A program made the translations under genes and the position numbers. A stretch of DNA of 64,000 bases from an uncultured Kiloniellales bacterium. GTDB taxonomy: Bacteria; Pseudomonadota; Alphaproteobacteria; Kiloniellales; JAKSDN01. Positions within the stretch are counted from its first letter, which is position 1; every line of letters starts with the position of its first letter. Below are positions 52,939-62,157 of this stretch, one piece after another. The notes below the pieces were generated by a model, which was not told where the DNA came from, made no database searches, and saw nothing but the letters and a program-made list of their open reading frames with translations. The stretch spans positions 102-64,101 of the forward strand of contig CAMYKD010000001.1 of assembly GCA_947258885.1 (NCBI GenBank), in the 5' to 3' direction.

Positions 52939-54066
52939 TCAGGCGGCCGCCGATGAAGAACCGGTCTTCGGGTCCCGCTCTGCGCGGCCGGGCTTGCCCA
53001 GATGGTTGGCGACGGCCGCGTAGACCTCGTGCGGAGGGCAGGACGCGGGTATCGTGACCCGGTGGGTGGAGGGAACGTCGGCGAGGGCGCTGGTCAGCAC
53101 CGCCTCGCCACCGGAACGCGCCAGATCGAACAGTTCGACGCGGCGTCCCGTACGCGCCCGGAAGACCGAGTAGGCGAGCAGGAAGTCGCTTTGCTCGAAC
53201 TCCAGGATCGCGGCCAGGCAAGTGACCAGCGCGTCGTGATCGATGGCCTCGAACTTGACCGGACCGTCGTCGTCCCGGCGGCGTTGCAGGAGATAGACCT
53301 GATCGATCGGGCCGGGGTCGGGGTCCACCGCCTGGCCGAAGAGTCGCGTGGCCGGAACTCGCATGCTGGCCCGGCTCTCGAGAACCTGCGCCACCTTCTG
53401 GTTGAGCTCGAAGTCGCCGCCGGCGGCGCGGCCGACGAAATCCGCCAACGCGGCCGCCTCCTCGGGCAGGGCCGCGAGCAAATCGGGAAACGCCTCGATA
53501 TCCCGGTACAGCAGATCGAGGCGTTTAGGCAGGCCCTGGACGGTGCCGCCACCGTGCACGACGGCCCAATCGTCGGCGATAAAGGTGGCCCCGCCCTGGA
53601 GGGCATGAAGCAGCAGGTTGGCCTTTCCGATCCCGCGCGAGCCTGCGCAGAGCGCCACCGTCCCGCCGCTGCGAAAGGCCGCGGCGTGACAGAAGGTCTT
53701 GCCGCGTTTCAGCAGCTGGAAGTGAATCATATGTTCCAGGATGGTATCGAAAAGGTGCGGATCGAAATCGACGTCACAGGTCGCCCGCCAGGTACGGGCG
53801 CGCGCCGAACCGAAGTCGATCCGGAACACGCGGTACAGGGAGTCGCGCAGAAGCACGCCGCGATCGTCGTAGGACACCGGACCGCGGACCTCTACGCAGT
53901 CCCGGGGGCTCGTGGTCTCGTCGACGAACTGGACCGCGATATTGAGTTTGGTCGCCGGCAGGGCGTCGACCTCGCACGCGCCATAGTCGCACCTGACGTG
54001 ATCGAGCAGGGGGCTTGGCCCGCCGTCCAGGGCGATCCCGATATCGTTGAGGACGTTCAGGTGCAC
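52939..54066 (-). CDS. HprK-like P-loop protein (HPr kinase C-terminal-domain-like), function unknown
   Basis: CAGSRGIGKANLLLHALQGGATFIADDWAVV parallels the HprK motif G.SG.GKS...L...G..L.ADD.V. GTG start. Flanked by flaF and fliK. Confidence 0.6.
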   Translation of the reverse strand: MHLNVLNDIGIALDGGPSPLLDHVRCDYGACEVDALPATKLNIAVQFVDETTSPRDCVEVRGPVSYDDRGVLLRDSLYRVFRIDFGSARARTWRATCDVDFDPHLFDTILEHMIHFQLLKRGKTFCHAAAFRSGGTVALCAGSRGIGKANLLLHALQGGATFIADDWAVVHGGGTVQGLPKRLDLLYRDIEAFPDLLAALPEEAAALADFVGRAAGGDFELNQKVAQVLESRASMRVPATRLFGQAVDPDPGPIDQVYLLQRRRDDDGPVKFEAIDHDALVTCLAAILEFEQSDFLLAYSVFRARTGRRVELFDLARSGGEAVLTSALADVPSTHRVTIPASCPPHEVYAAVANHLGKPGRAERDPKTGSSSAAA

Positions 54067-54180
54067 GGCCAGGTCGACCCCACGCGTTTCGCCGGTCCTG
54101 CCTTTCCGAGGTGCCGGCCGACGAGACCCCGGCCAGGGCTGCGGGCGGACAGGGATGGCGTGGTCCCGGGACCGGTGTTC

Positions 54181-54196
54181 GCAAGGGATGTGCCGG
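54181..54196 (-). promoter_or_regulatory. sigma-54 (-24/-12) promoter candidate upstream of the HprK-like gene
   Basis: Minus strand CGGCACA-TCCC-TTGCG. The GGCAC and TTGC cores have correct spacing, ~115 nt upstream of GTG 54066. Confidence 0.5.
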
Positions 54197-54252
54197 CACC
54201 GCGGGGACAGTCGGAGGCGAGCCTCCGCTCCACAGTTCCGGACGGCGATATG

Positions 54253-54699
54253 TCAGATCGAGAAGCCGTCTGACGTCTGCCGCGCTTGCGAATCCGTTTG
54301 TCCCTGCCCATCGTCATCGTCCTGCTGTTGGTCGGGGCGGGCCAGAAGACCGGCGGCGATCTGCCGGTTCACATTGATCAGGACATCGACCATCTGCGGC
54401 TTCGGCTGCGACAGGATGGCGACCGTGCGTTTGTCGACGAAATTGCACAAATTGAGCATGTTCGTGCGGATCTCGACCGGCAGCGGACACTCCGGCGCGC
54501 TCAATTCCGCCTGAAAGATCGTCCAGAGGCGCCAGTTGATCCGCGCGGCCTCGCGCAGACCCTTCCTGTCGTCGGGGCACTTCTGGGCCTCCGCCAAGCG
54601 CCGTGCCGCCTCGAGCAGGGCGCGGCCTTCGGTCTGCCGCGGCGCGCCGCCGTTGTTCCCGACGCGATCGTAGGTCCTGACCGCGCCCTCATTGGACAT
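54253..54699 (-). CDS. flaF: flagellar biosynthesis regulator FlaF
   Basis: RQTEGRALLEAARRLAEAQ...NWRLWTIFQAEL...LPVEIRTNMLNLCNFVDKRT. Overlaps the flbT stop by 11 nt. Confidence 0.88.
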   Translation of the reverse strand: MSNEGAVRTYDRVGNNGGAPRQTEGRALLEAARRLAEAQKCPDDRKGLREAARINWRLWTIFQAELSAPECPLPVEIRTNMLNLCNFVDKRTVAILSQPKPQMVDVLINVNRQIAAGLLARPDQQQDDDDGQGQTDSQARQTSDGFSI

Positions 54700-55078
54700 G
54701 AGAGAGCACCTCGCGTTCGTGCTGGAGCAGATGACCGCAGGCCTTCAGCGCGCCGTAAAGCTGACCCTCTTCGACCATCCCGCGAATCTCGTCGGCAATC
54801 GGCTGGGCGCTCGGCGCGGCCGCAAGGTAGTCGCCCAGCAGGCCCCGGAAGTCTTCGAGATGCTCGGCCACGTTCTTCGGAAACAGGTAGGCGCACTGCA
54901 TGGCCAGGTAAACCCGGGCCGCCGGGGTGGTCGCGGAGTCCTGGGTCAGAATGTCTTTCTGGCGAAGGATGTGCGCCTGATTCTCGAAAAGAAGACTGGT
55001 GCCGTCGCCGTCGTTCCTGATGACTGCGCCGTTGACGATGAGCTTCTCGCCCTTACCGACGCTGAGCTTGAGTGGCAT
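54689..55078 (-). CDS. flbT: flagellar biosynthesis repressor FlbT
   Basis: MPLKLSVGKGEKLIVNGAVIRNDGDGTSLLFENQAHILRQKDIL... canonical FlbT N-terminus. Confidence 0.9.
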   Translation of the reverse strand: MPLKLSVGKGEKLIVNGAVIRNDGDGTSLLFENQAHILRQKDILTQDSATTPAARVYLAMQCAYLFPKNVAEHLEDFRGLLGDYLAAAPSAQPIADEIRGMVEEGQLYGALKACGHLLQHEREVLSHVQ

Positions 55079-55132
55079 GACGCAATCGCCCGTTCAAGTT
55101 AAAAGACTACTTAGAAAATATGTGCATGCATA

Positions 55133-55147
55133 TTAAGGAGTGGTTAA
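55133..55147. promoter_or_regulatory. perfect CtrA box TTAA-N7-TTAA in the flbT/maf divergent region
   Basis: TTAAGGAGTGGTTAA, 55 nt upstream of the flbT start and 134 nt upstream of the maf start. Confidence 0.5.
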
Positions 55148-55280
55148 TCACAATACCGCTAATAAACTAGTCGAATTAGATCATATCGACGGCCTTTTCC
55201 GGGCCCCGCCTGCGCGGCGACCTTCGGCCGCATCCAGATCGGCGCGTCGGCGGGGGATCGGCGAATTTTAACAGGGCTGC

Positions 55281-57236
55281 ATGACGATGGTAGTGGCGGA
55301 CGCCACCGAAGCGAACCCGGTCCCGGACCTTTTCCAAGCCAATCTGGCTGCATTCAAGCGCTGGGCCCCGAATCTCTATGGCCGTCTGGCGGCCGTGACC
55401 GCGCCCAATTCGGAGTTGACGGTCGGCCCGGATGGGCGGATCGACATGGCCTTTCGCGGCCAGGGCTTTTACGACGGCGACGCGCTGGCCGCCACGAGCG
55501 CGCAGCTGGAGGGGTATTTCGCCAAGCCTCTGCGCCATGCGATCAATGAACCCGAACCCGAGCGTTTGGAGGGCGCCTGCGGCGATTTCTGCACCGCGGT
55601 CACCGATCGTCTCGCCGAGCAGGCTGTCTCCTACGACAGCGCCAACTGCCCGCCCGAAAGCCACGTCCTCGTGGTCTTCGGCATTGGTCTCGGTCTGCAT
55701 GTCGGCCCTCTGATCGAGCGGACCGGCGCCCGGGTCGCGGTGTTGATCGAGCCGAACCTGGAGTTCCTGTATCACTCGCTCTACCTCACCGATTGGCACG
55801 CGATCTATGAAAGCGCGGCCGAGGAAGGGCGGCAGGTCGTCGTCATCGTCGAGCAGGACTCCTCGACCATCGCCTCGCGCGGACGCCAGACTCTGCGCGC
55901 CAACAACCCGGCGCTGCTCGACGGCATCTACCTCTATACCCACTACCCCTCGGCAGTCCTGGAACAGGCCAAGGAGCGCGTGCAGCACGAGTTGTTCCTG
56001 ACGCTGAGCGGTCTCGGGTTCTTCGAGGACGAGCTGATCATGACACGCAACGCGGTTGCGAACCTGAGCCGCGGTTCCGTGGAAATTCTTTGCGATTATC
56101 ACCGGCGGCGGGACGAGCCGTTGTTCATCGTCGGCTCCGGCCCCTCGGTCGAGGGCGACCTGGACTTCATCGCGGACCACGCCGACCGGGCGGTCCTGAT
56201 CTCGATCGGTTCGGGACTGCGCGTCCTCCTGCATCGGGGACTCCGCCCCGACTTCCATGTCGAGCTGGAAAACGGCGAGGGCAACGTGGAGATCATGGCC
56301 GCGACGGCCAAGGACCATGACCTGGGCGGCATCACGCTGCTTGCGTCCCTCACGGTCCAGCCCGGCATGGTCGAGATGTTCGACCGCGCGGTCCTGTTCT
56401 TCCGCGAACGGGTCAGCTCGACCACGTTGTTCCACAGCGGACTCGAGGTGCTGCAGCCAGCCGGACCGACCGTCGCCAATTCGGCGCTGATCGCCGGCAT
56501 TCGGCTCGGCTTTCGCGAGTTGTACCTCTTCGGCCTCGACATGGGCTCCAAGGTCGAGGGGCGCTTTCACGCCGAGGGATCGGTGTACGGCGCCGGGCTG
56601 CGGGCCGAAGTGGCGAAGCCGAACCGGCGCTTCGCCGGCAACTTCGGCGGCGAGGTGACCGGCGAAACGATCTTCAACTGGTCGCGCAAGGTGCTGGAGG
56701 GCGCCCTGCAGGCCCATCGCGGCGTGCGGGCCTACAACTGCAGCGACGGCGCGCGGATCGCCGGCGCGGTCCCCAAGGTGGCCCGGGCCGTCGAGCTCGG
56801 CGCCGCGCCGCTGGACCGCACGGCGCTCCAGGCCGCGATCGCCAAGGGGCTGCGCCGTTATACCCTGGACCACCTTCGCCGGACCTGGGGCGAGCAGGAC
56901 AGCCGCGCGGAGGCCGAGGAAGTCTTCCGTTCCATCGAGCGGATCCTGGACCGCGCGGCCGAGGAGTCCGAGCCGGGCATCGACTGGATCCACGAGATTT
57001 TCGAGGCCGTGCGCCCGGACAACCCGGCCAAGCTCGTCGTCACGGCCTATCTGAGCGGCACCCTCTCGATCTGCATCGGCTGCACCAACTGGTACGACCG
57101 CCGGATCGCGGACCCCGGGGACCGGCAACGCTATCGCCGGATCGCGATCGAAGAATTCCGCGTCCTCGCCGGTGCTCTGAGGGACAAGCTCCTTGCCTTG
57201 TTCGACGAGGTCGACCGGCGGCTGACGGCCGCGTGA
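55281..57236 (+). CDS. maf: motility accessory factor Maf (DUF115/MptE-like flagellin nonulosonic-acid glycosyltransferase)
   Basis: FIVGSGPSVEGDLDFI...ISIGSGLRVLLHRGLRPDFHVELE...ELYLFGLDMG are core DUF115 motifs. Adjacent to flbT/flaF and sugar genes. Confidence 0.85.
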   Translation: MTMVVADATEANPVPDLFQANLAAFKRWAPNLYGRLAAVTAPNSELTVGPDGRIDMAFRGQGFYDGDALAATSAQLEGYFAKPLRHAINEPEPERLEGACGDFCTAVTDRLAEQAVSYDSANCPPESHVLVVFGIGLGLHVGPLIERTGARVAVLIEPNLEFLYHSLYLTDWHAIYESAAEEGRQVVVIVEQDSSTIASRGRQTLRANNPALLDGIYLYTHYPSAVLEQAKERVQHELFLTLSGLGFFEDELIMTRNAVANLSRGSVEILCDYHRRRDEPLFIVGSGPSVEGDLDFIADHADRAVLISIGSGLRVLLHRGLRPDFHVELENGEGNVEIMAATAKDHDLGGITLLASLTVQPGMVEMFDRAVLFFRERVSSTTLFHSGLEVLQPAGPTVANSALIAGIRLGFRELYLFGLDMGSKVEGRFHAEGSVYGAGLRAEVAKPNRRFAGNFGGEVTGETIFNWSRKVLEGALQAHRGVRAYNCSDGARIAGAVPKVARAVELGAAPLDRTALQAAIAKGLRRYTLDHLRRTWGEQDSRAEAEEVFRSIERILDRAAEESEPGIDWIHEIFEAVRPDNPAKLVVTAYLSGTLSICIGCTNWYDRRIADPGDRQRYRRIAIEEFRVLAGALRDKLLALFDEVDRRLTAA

Positions 57237-57246
57237 CGTGCCGGGC

Positions 57247-58422
57247 ATGTCCGAGATCCGGCCAGACCGTTCGGATGCCGCCCCATCGAAGACCGTGGGG
57301 CCGGCCCCGGACCGCTGGACTGCCGACGGTCCCGGCGAGGTCTATGTCACCGACACCGCGCCCTTCTGCGTCACCCCGAACATGACGGTCAAGCAGGTGA
57401 TTGCCCGGATCGACCGCGGCGCCGAGGGCGTGGCGCTGGTGGTGGACGACGAGGGTCGGCTGCTGGCGACGGTCACCGACGGCGACATCCGCCGGGCCCT
57501 GATGGCGGGCGCAGGCATGGAGGAGACCGTCGAAGAACTGCTGCACCGCAAGCCGGATGGCCCCCAGGCCGCGCCGATCACCGCGCCCTTCGGCACCAGT
57601 GCGGTCCAGCTGCTGCGGCTGATGGGCGGGCACGTGATCCGGCACGTGCCGCTGCTCGACGACGGGGACCGCCTGACCGGACTGGCCCTGCTGAGCCGCT
57701 TCGTGCGCCAGCCGGACCTGCCCTTGCGGGCGGTCATCATGGCCGGCGGCCTGGGCACGCGGTTGCGGCCACTGACCGAAAGCACGCCCAAGCCGATGCT
57801 CCCGGTGGGCGGCCGGCCCCTGCTTCAGCGCACGGTCGAGCAGCTCGGTCAGGCGGGCATCCACAGCATCAGCATCGCGACCCACTATCGGGCCGACAAG
57901 ATCAAGCAGCACTTCGGCGACGGCAGCTCCTTCGGCGCAGTGGTGCGCTACAGCCACGAAAGCGAGCCGCTGGGTACGGCCGGCGCGCTCAGGCGGCTCG
58001 AGACGGACGGCGACCAGCCGCTGCTCGTCATAAACGGGGACGTCCTGACCACGGTGAACTACCGGGCCATGCTCGATTACCATCTGGAGCACGGGGCCGA
58101 GCTCACCATGGGTGTGCGGCGCTATGCCATGGAGGTGCCCTACGGCGTCGTCGAGTGCGACGGCCCCAAGGTCCGGGAGCTGCGCGAAAAGCCCGAGGTC
58201 GGATTCTTCGTCAACGCCGGGATCTATCTGGTGGAGCCCGGCCTGTGCCGCGAGATTCCGGAGAACCGGCGCTACGACATGACCGATCTGATCGACCGGA
58301 TGGTCGCCCAGGGCCGCAACGTGATCAGTTTTCCGATCCACGAATACTGGTTGGACATCGGCCGGATCGACGACTACGAGCGGGTCCAGCAGGACCTCGG
58401 CGCCGGCAAGGTGAGACCTTGA
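57247..58422 (+). CDS. CBS-pair domain fused to a sugar-1-phosphate nucleotidyltransferase (PtmE-like)
   Basis: CBS region (VALVVDDEGRLLATVTDGDIRRAL...HVPLLDDGDRLTGL), then AVIMAGGLGTRLRPLTESTPKPMLPVGGRPLL. Confidence 0.8.
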   Translation: MSEIRPDRSDAAPSKTVGPAPDRWTADGPGEVYVTDTAPFCVTPNMTVKQVIARIDRGAEGVALVVDDEGRLLATVTDGDIRRALMAGAGMEETVEELLHRKPDGPQAAPITAPFGTSAVQLLRLMGGHVIRHVPLLDDGDRLTGLALLSRFVRQPDLPLRAVIMAGGLGTRLRPLTESTPKPMLPVGGRPLLQRTVEQLGQAGIHSISIATHYRADKIKQHFGDGSSFGAVVRYSHESEPLGTAGALRRLETDGDQPLLVINGDVLTTVNYRAMLDYHLEHGAELTMGVRRYAMEVPYGVVECDGPKVRELREKPEVGFFVNAGIYLVEPGLCREIPENRRYDMTDLIDRMVAQGRNVISFPIHEYWLDIGRIDDYERVQQDLGAGKVRP

Positions 58423-58436
58423 AAGCGCGCGCGCCC

Positions 58437-59924
58437 ATGCTTCGGCCCTCGCCGCCTTGCCGCCCACGGCCGCCGCGGGACTTCGCGGATTTTGCGCCGC
58501 CCGGATGGGACCGGCCGGCGGTCGAGCGGCCGGTCGTCTGCATCCAGGGCCTGGGCTTCGTCGGCGCCGCGATGGCCGCCGCCGTCGCCCGGGCGCGCGA
58601 CGGCGCGGGCCGGCCCTTCTTCAACGTGCTCGGGGTCGATCTGGACACCGGCCGGGGACGCGCGGCGATCGACAGCCTGAACGCCGGGCGCTTCCCCTTC
58701 GCGACCGGCGACCGCGCCCTGGGCGGGGCCGTCGCGGCCGCCCACGAGACCGGCAACCTCGTGGCGACGAGCGATCCGGCCGCCTATGGGCTGGGCGGGG
58801 TTATCCTGGTGGACGTCAATCTCGACCTCGATCCGACGGCCGCCGGCCCGGGCGCCGCCACGCCGCGGCTGGAGCTCGACGGCTTCCGCCGGGCCATCAG
58901 AACGGTCGGCGAGCATATGATGCCGGGCGCTCTGGTGATCGTGGAGACTACCGTACCGCCGGGGACCTGCGAAAGGGTGGCGGCGCCCGAACTGGCCGCG
59001 GCGTTCGGCGCCCGGGGCCTTGGCGCCGAGGATTTGCTGCTCGCCCACTCCTACGAGCGCGTCATGCCGGGCACCCGGTACCTGGACTCGATCGTCAACT
59101 ACTGGCGGGTCTATGCCGGCCACAGCCCGGCGGCGGCCGAGGCCTGCCGGGACTTCCTGAGCCGCATCGTCAACGTCGCGGCCTATCCGCTCCGGCGCCT
59201 GTCCTCGACCACCGCCTCGGAAACGGCCAAGGTGCTCGAGAACAGCTACCGCGCCGTCAACATCGCATTGATCGAGGAATGGGGCCGCTTCGCCGAAGCG
59301 GTCGGCGTCGATCTCTTCGAGATCGTCGAGGCGGTCCGCCAGCGCCCGACGCACAGCAACATCCGGCAGCCGGGTTTCGGCGTCGGCGGCTACTGCCTGC
59401 CGAAGGATCCGCTGCTCGCTCTTGCCGCCGCGCGCCAGATATTCGACCGGGACGACCTCGATTTTCCGTTCTGCCGCATGGCCGTCGAAGTCAACCGGGC
59501 CATGCCGCGGGTCAGCGTCGACGCCCTGCAGGGCCTGCTGGGCGGCTCGCTCGAGGGCAGGCGCGTGCTGCTGTTGGGCGTCAGCTACCGCCCCGACGTG
59601 GCCGACACGCGCGCGACGCCGGCCGCGGTCTTCGTGGCCGAGGCCGGGCGGCGGGGCGCGCGCGTCCTGCTGCACGATCCCATGGTCCGGGACTGGCCCG
59701 AGCTCGGTCTGGAGGTTCCGCAGGCGCTGCCCGATCCGGGCGGCCTCGACGCCGTGGTGTTTGCCGTGGCCCACGAGGACTATCGGCGGCTCGAGCTGCG
59801 CGACTGGCTGAACGGCGCGCGTCCGGCCGTGCTCGACGCCAACAACGTGCTGGCGCCCGAGCAGGTCGAGGACCTGCGCGCGCTCGGCTGTCCAATGGCC
59901 AGCGTCGGCCGAGGAGGGGATTGA
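58437..59924 (+). CDS. nucleotide-sugar dehydrogenase (UDP-glucose/GDP-mannose dehydrogenase family); a TTG 58419 start is also possible
   Basis: VCIQGLGFVGAAMAAAV Rossmann motif and catalytic GFGVGGYCLPKDP motif. Confidence 0.8.
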   Translation: MLRPSPPCRPRPPRDFADFAPPGWDRPAVERPVVCIQGLGFVGAAMAAAVARARDGAGRPFFNVLGVDLDTGRGRAAIDSLNAGRFPFATGDRALGGAVAAAHETGNLVATSDPAAYGLGGVILVDVNLDLDPTAAGPGAATPRLELDGFRRAIRTVGEHMMPGALVIVETTVPPGTCERVAAPELAAAFGARGLGAEDLLLAHSYERVMPGTRYLDSIVNYWRVYAGHSPAAAEACRDFLSRIVNVAAYPLRRLSSTTASETAKVLENSYRAVNIALIEEWGRFAEAVGVDLFEIVEAVRQRPTHSNIRQPGFGVGGYCLPKDPLLALAAARQIFDRDDLDFPFCRMAVEVNRAMPRVSVDALQGLLGGSLEGRRVLLLGVSYRPDVADTRATPAAVFVAEAGRRGARVLLHDPMVRDWPELGLEVPQALPDPGGLDAVVFAVAHEDYRRLELRDWLNGARPAVLDANNVLAPEQVEDLRALGCPMASVGRGGD

Positions 59925-59926
59925 CC

Positions 59927-60916
59927 GTGCATATCCTGATCACCGGCGGGGCCGGCTTCATCGGTGCGCACCTGGCCCGGCGCCTGCTCGGCGAGGGCGC
60001 GCGGATCGATCTGATCGACGACTTTTCGCGCGGCCGGCCGGATCCCGATCTGGCCACCCTGGCGGAGCTTCCGGCCGTGCGGTGCCTGGAGCGCGACCTG
60101 CTCGCGCCCGGCAGCCTGAAGGACTTGGCGGAGGACTACGACCTGGTGTTCCATCTCGCGGCCATCGTCGGGGTCGCCAATGTGGTGAAACAGCCGCTGG
60201 CGGTGCTTCGCCGCAATGTCGAGCTGCTGCTCGCCATGCTGGACTTCGCGGCGCGCCAGAAACGCCTTCGGCGGCTCGTCTTCGCTTCGACCAGCGAAGT
60301 GCACGCCGGCTCCCTGCACCATCTGGATCTGCCGGTGCCGACGCCCGAGGACGCGCCCGTGGCGCTGCCCGACCTGGCGCAGTCGCGCGCCTCCTATCTC
60401 CTGTCCAAGCTCTACGGCGAGGCGCTCTGCCACCACGCCGGGCTGCCGGTCACCATCGTCCGGCCCTATAACGTCTATGGGCCGCGCATGGGCATGGCGC
60501 ACGTCGTTCCCGAGCTGCTCCAGCGGGCGGAGCGGACCCCCGACGGCGGCACCATGACGGTCTATTCGATGCGGCACCGGCGCGCCTTCTGCTATGTCAG
60601 CGACGCGGTCGAGCTGATCGTTCGGCTGGCGTTGGCCGAGGATGCGCTGGGCGGCGTCTACAACGTCGGCAACCACGCCGAGGAGGTGGCGATCGGCCAA
60701 CTGGCCGAGTTGGTCGCGGCGGCCGTGGGCCGCAGGATCGCCATGGAAGCCGGGCCGGATACGCCGGGATCGCCCGCGCGGCGCTGCCCCGACATGTCGC
60801 GGACCGCGGCGATCACCGGCTATGAGGCGCGGGTGCCGCTGCTCGAGGGGTTGCGCAAGACCTACGACTGGTACCGGGAACGGGTGTTCCGGCCGGTCGG
60901 GACGGCGGCGCAATGA
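59927..60916 (+). CDS. NAD-dependent epimerase/dehydratase (extended SDR; LegB/PseB-position enzyme)
   Basis: GTG start, ILITGGAGFIGAHLARRL, YLLSKLYGE (YxxxK). Confidence 0.8.
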   Translation: MHILITGGAGFIGAHLARRLLGEGARIDLIDDFSRGRPDPDLATLAELPAVRCLERDLLAPGSLKDLAEDYDLVFHLAAIVGVANVVKQPLAVLRRNVELLLAMLDFAARQKRLRRLVFASTSEVHAGSLHHLDLPVPTPEDAPVALPDLAQSRASYLLSKLYGEALCHHAGLPVTIVRPYNVYGPRMGMAHVVPELLQRAERTPDGGTMTVYSMRHRRAFCYVSDAVELIVRLALAEDALGGVYNVGNHAEEVAIGQLAELVAAAVGRRIAMEAGPDTPGSPARRCPDMSRTAAITGYEARVPLLEGLRKTYDWYRERVFRPVGTAAQ

Positions 60917-62157
60917 CCCCGGGCGCCGGCGCGGCGGGACAGGCGGCCCAGGCCGAGCCGCGGGACGCCCCTGGGGACGCCCCAGGGGACACCGCGCCCC
61001 GGGCGGCCATACCGCTGAGCGTTCCCGAGATCGCCGGCAACGAGTGGCGCTACGTAAAGGACTGCCTGGACAGCGGCTGGGTCTCCTCGGTCGGCGCCTT
61101 CGTCGAGCGCTTCGAGGCCGAGTTCGCCGCCCGGCTGGGCGCGGCGCACGCCGTGGCGACGACGAACGGCACCGCGGCGCTGCACGTGGCTCTGCGGACG
61201 GTGGGCCTGCGCCCGGAGGACGAGGTGGTCATGCCCAGCTTCACCTTCATCGCGCCGGCCAATGCCGTGCGCTACGCCGGGGCCTGGCCGGTCTTCGTGG
61301 ACGCCGAGCCGGAGACCTGGCAGATGGACCCGGCCCGGGTCGTGCATTTTCTCGAGCGCCAGTGCTTTTGGACCGGGAGCGGACTGTGCAACCGCGCGAC
61401 CGGCCGGCGCATCGGCGCGCTTCTGCCGGTCCATGTGCTGGGCCATCCGGTCGACCTGACGCCGATCCTGGCCGTGGCAGAACGCTACGGACTGCCGGTC
61501 GTCGAGGACGCCGCCGAGAGCCTCGGCGCGGGCTATCGCGGACAGCCGGTGGGGCGGCTCGGACAGATCGCCTGTTTCAGCTTCAACGGCAACAAGCTGA
61601 TGACCACGGGCGGGGGCGGCATGCTGGTGACCGACGACCCCGCCCTGGCCGAGCAGGCGCGCTACCTGACCACCACGGCCCGGGACGATGCACTCGAAGG
61701 CGTCCACGCCACGGTCGGCTACAACTACCGCCTGACCAATATCCAGGCGGCCATGGGCTGCGCCCAGCTCGAACGCCTGGACGCCCTGCTCGCCGCCAAG
61801 CGGCGCATCGCGGCGCGCTATCGCGAGGCCCTGGCCGGGTTGCCCGGCGTGCAGGTCATGCCCGAAGCAGACTGGGCGGAGAGCGCCTTCTGGCTGTACA
61901 GCATCCGGCTGGACGAAGAGGTCGCGGGGCTCGGCAGCCGGGAGGTTCGGGCCCGCCTCGCCCGCGCCGGGATCGAGACCCGGGCGTTCTGGCAGCCCCT
62001 GCACCTCAGCCCGGCCCACAGCGGCGCGCCCTGCCTGGGCGGCGCGGTCGCCGAGCGGCTGCACCGCGAGATCCTCTCGCTGCCCTGTTCCTGCGGCCTC
62101 GCTCTCGATGAGCAGGACCGGGTCGTCGCGGCGCTCCGAGAGGCGCTCGGCGCATGA
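60913..62157 (+). CDS. DegT/DnrJ/EryC1/StrS-family PLP aminotransferase (LegC/PseC-like)
   Basis: ATTNGTAALHVAL...FSFNGNKLMTTGGGGML (PLP-Lys). ATGA overlap with the upstream stop. N-terminal DAPGDAPGD low-complexity region. Confidence 0.88.
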   Translation: MTPGAGAAGQAAQAEPRDAPGDAPGDTAPRAAIPLSVPEIAGNEWRYVKDCLDSGWVSSVGAFVERFEAEFAARLGAAHAVATTNGTAALHVALRTVGLRPEDEVVMPSFTFIAPANAVRYAGAWPVFVDAEPETWQMDPARVVHFLERQCFWTGSGLCNRATGRRIGALLPVHVLGHPVDLTPILAVAERYGLPVVEDAAESLGAGYRGQPVGRLGQIACFSFNGNKLMTTGGGGMLVTDDPALAEQARYLTTTARDDALEGVHATVGYNYRLTNIQAAMGCAQLERLDALLAAKRRIAARYREALAGLPGVQVMPEADWAESAFWLYSIRLDEEVAGLGSREVRARLARAGIETRAFWQPLHLSPAHSGAPCLGGAVAERLHREILSLPCSCGLALDEQDRVVAALREALGA

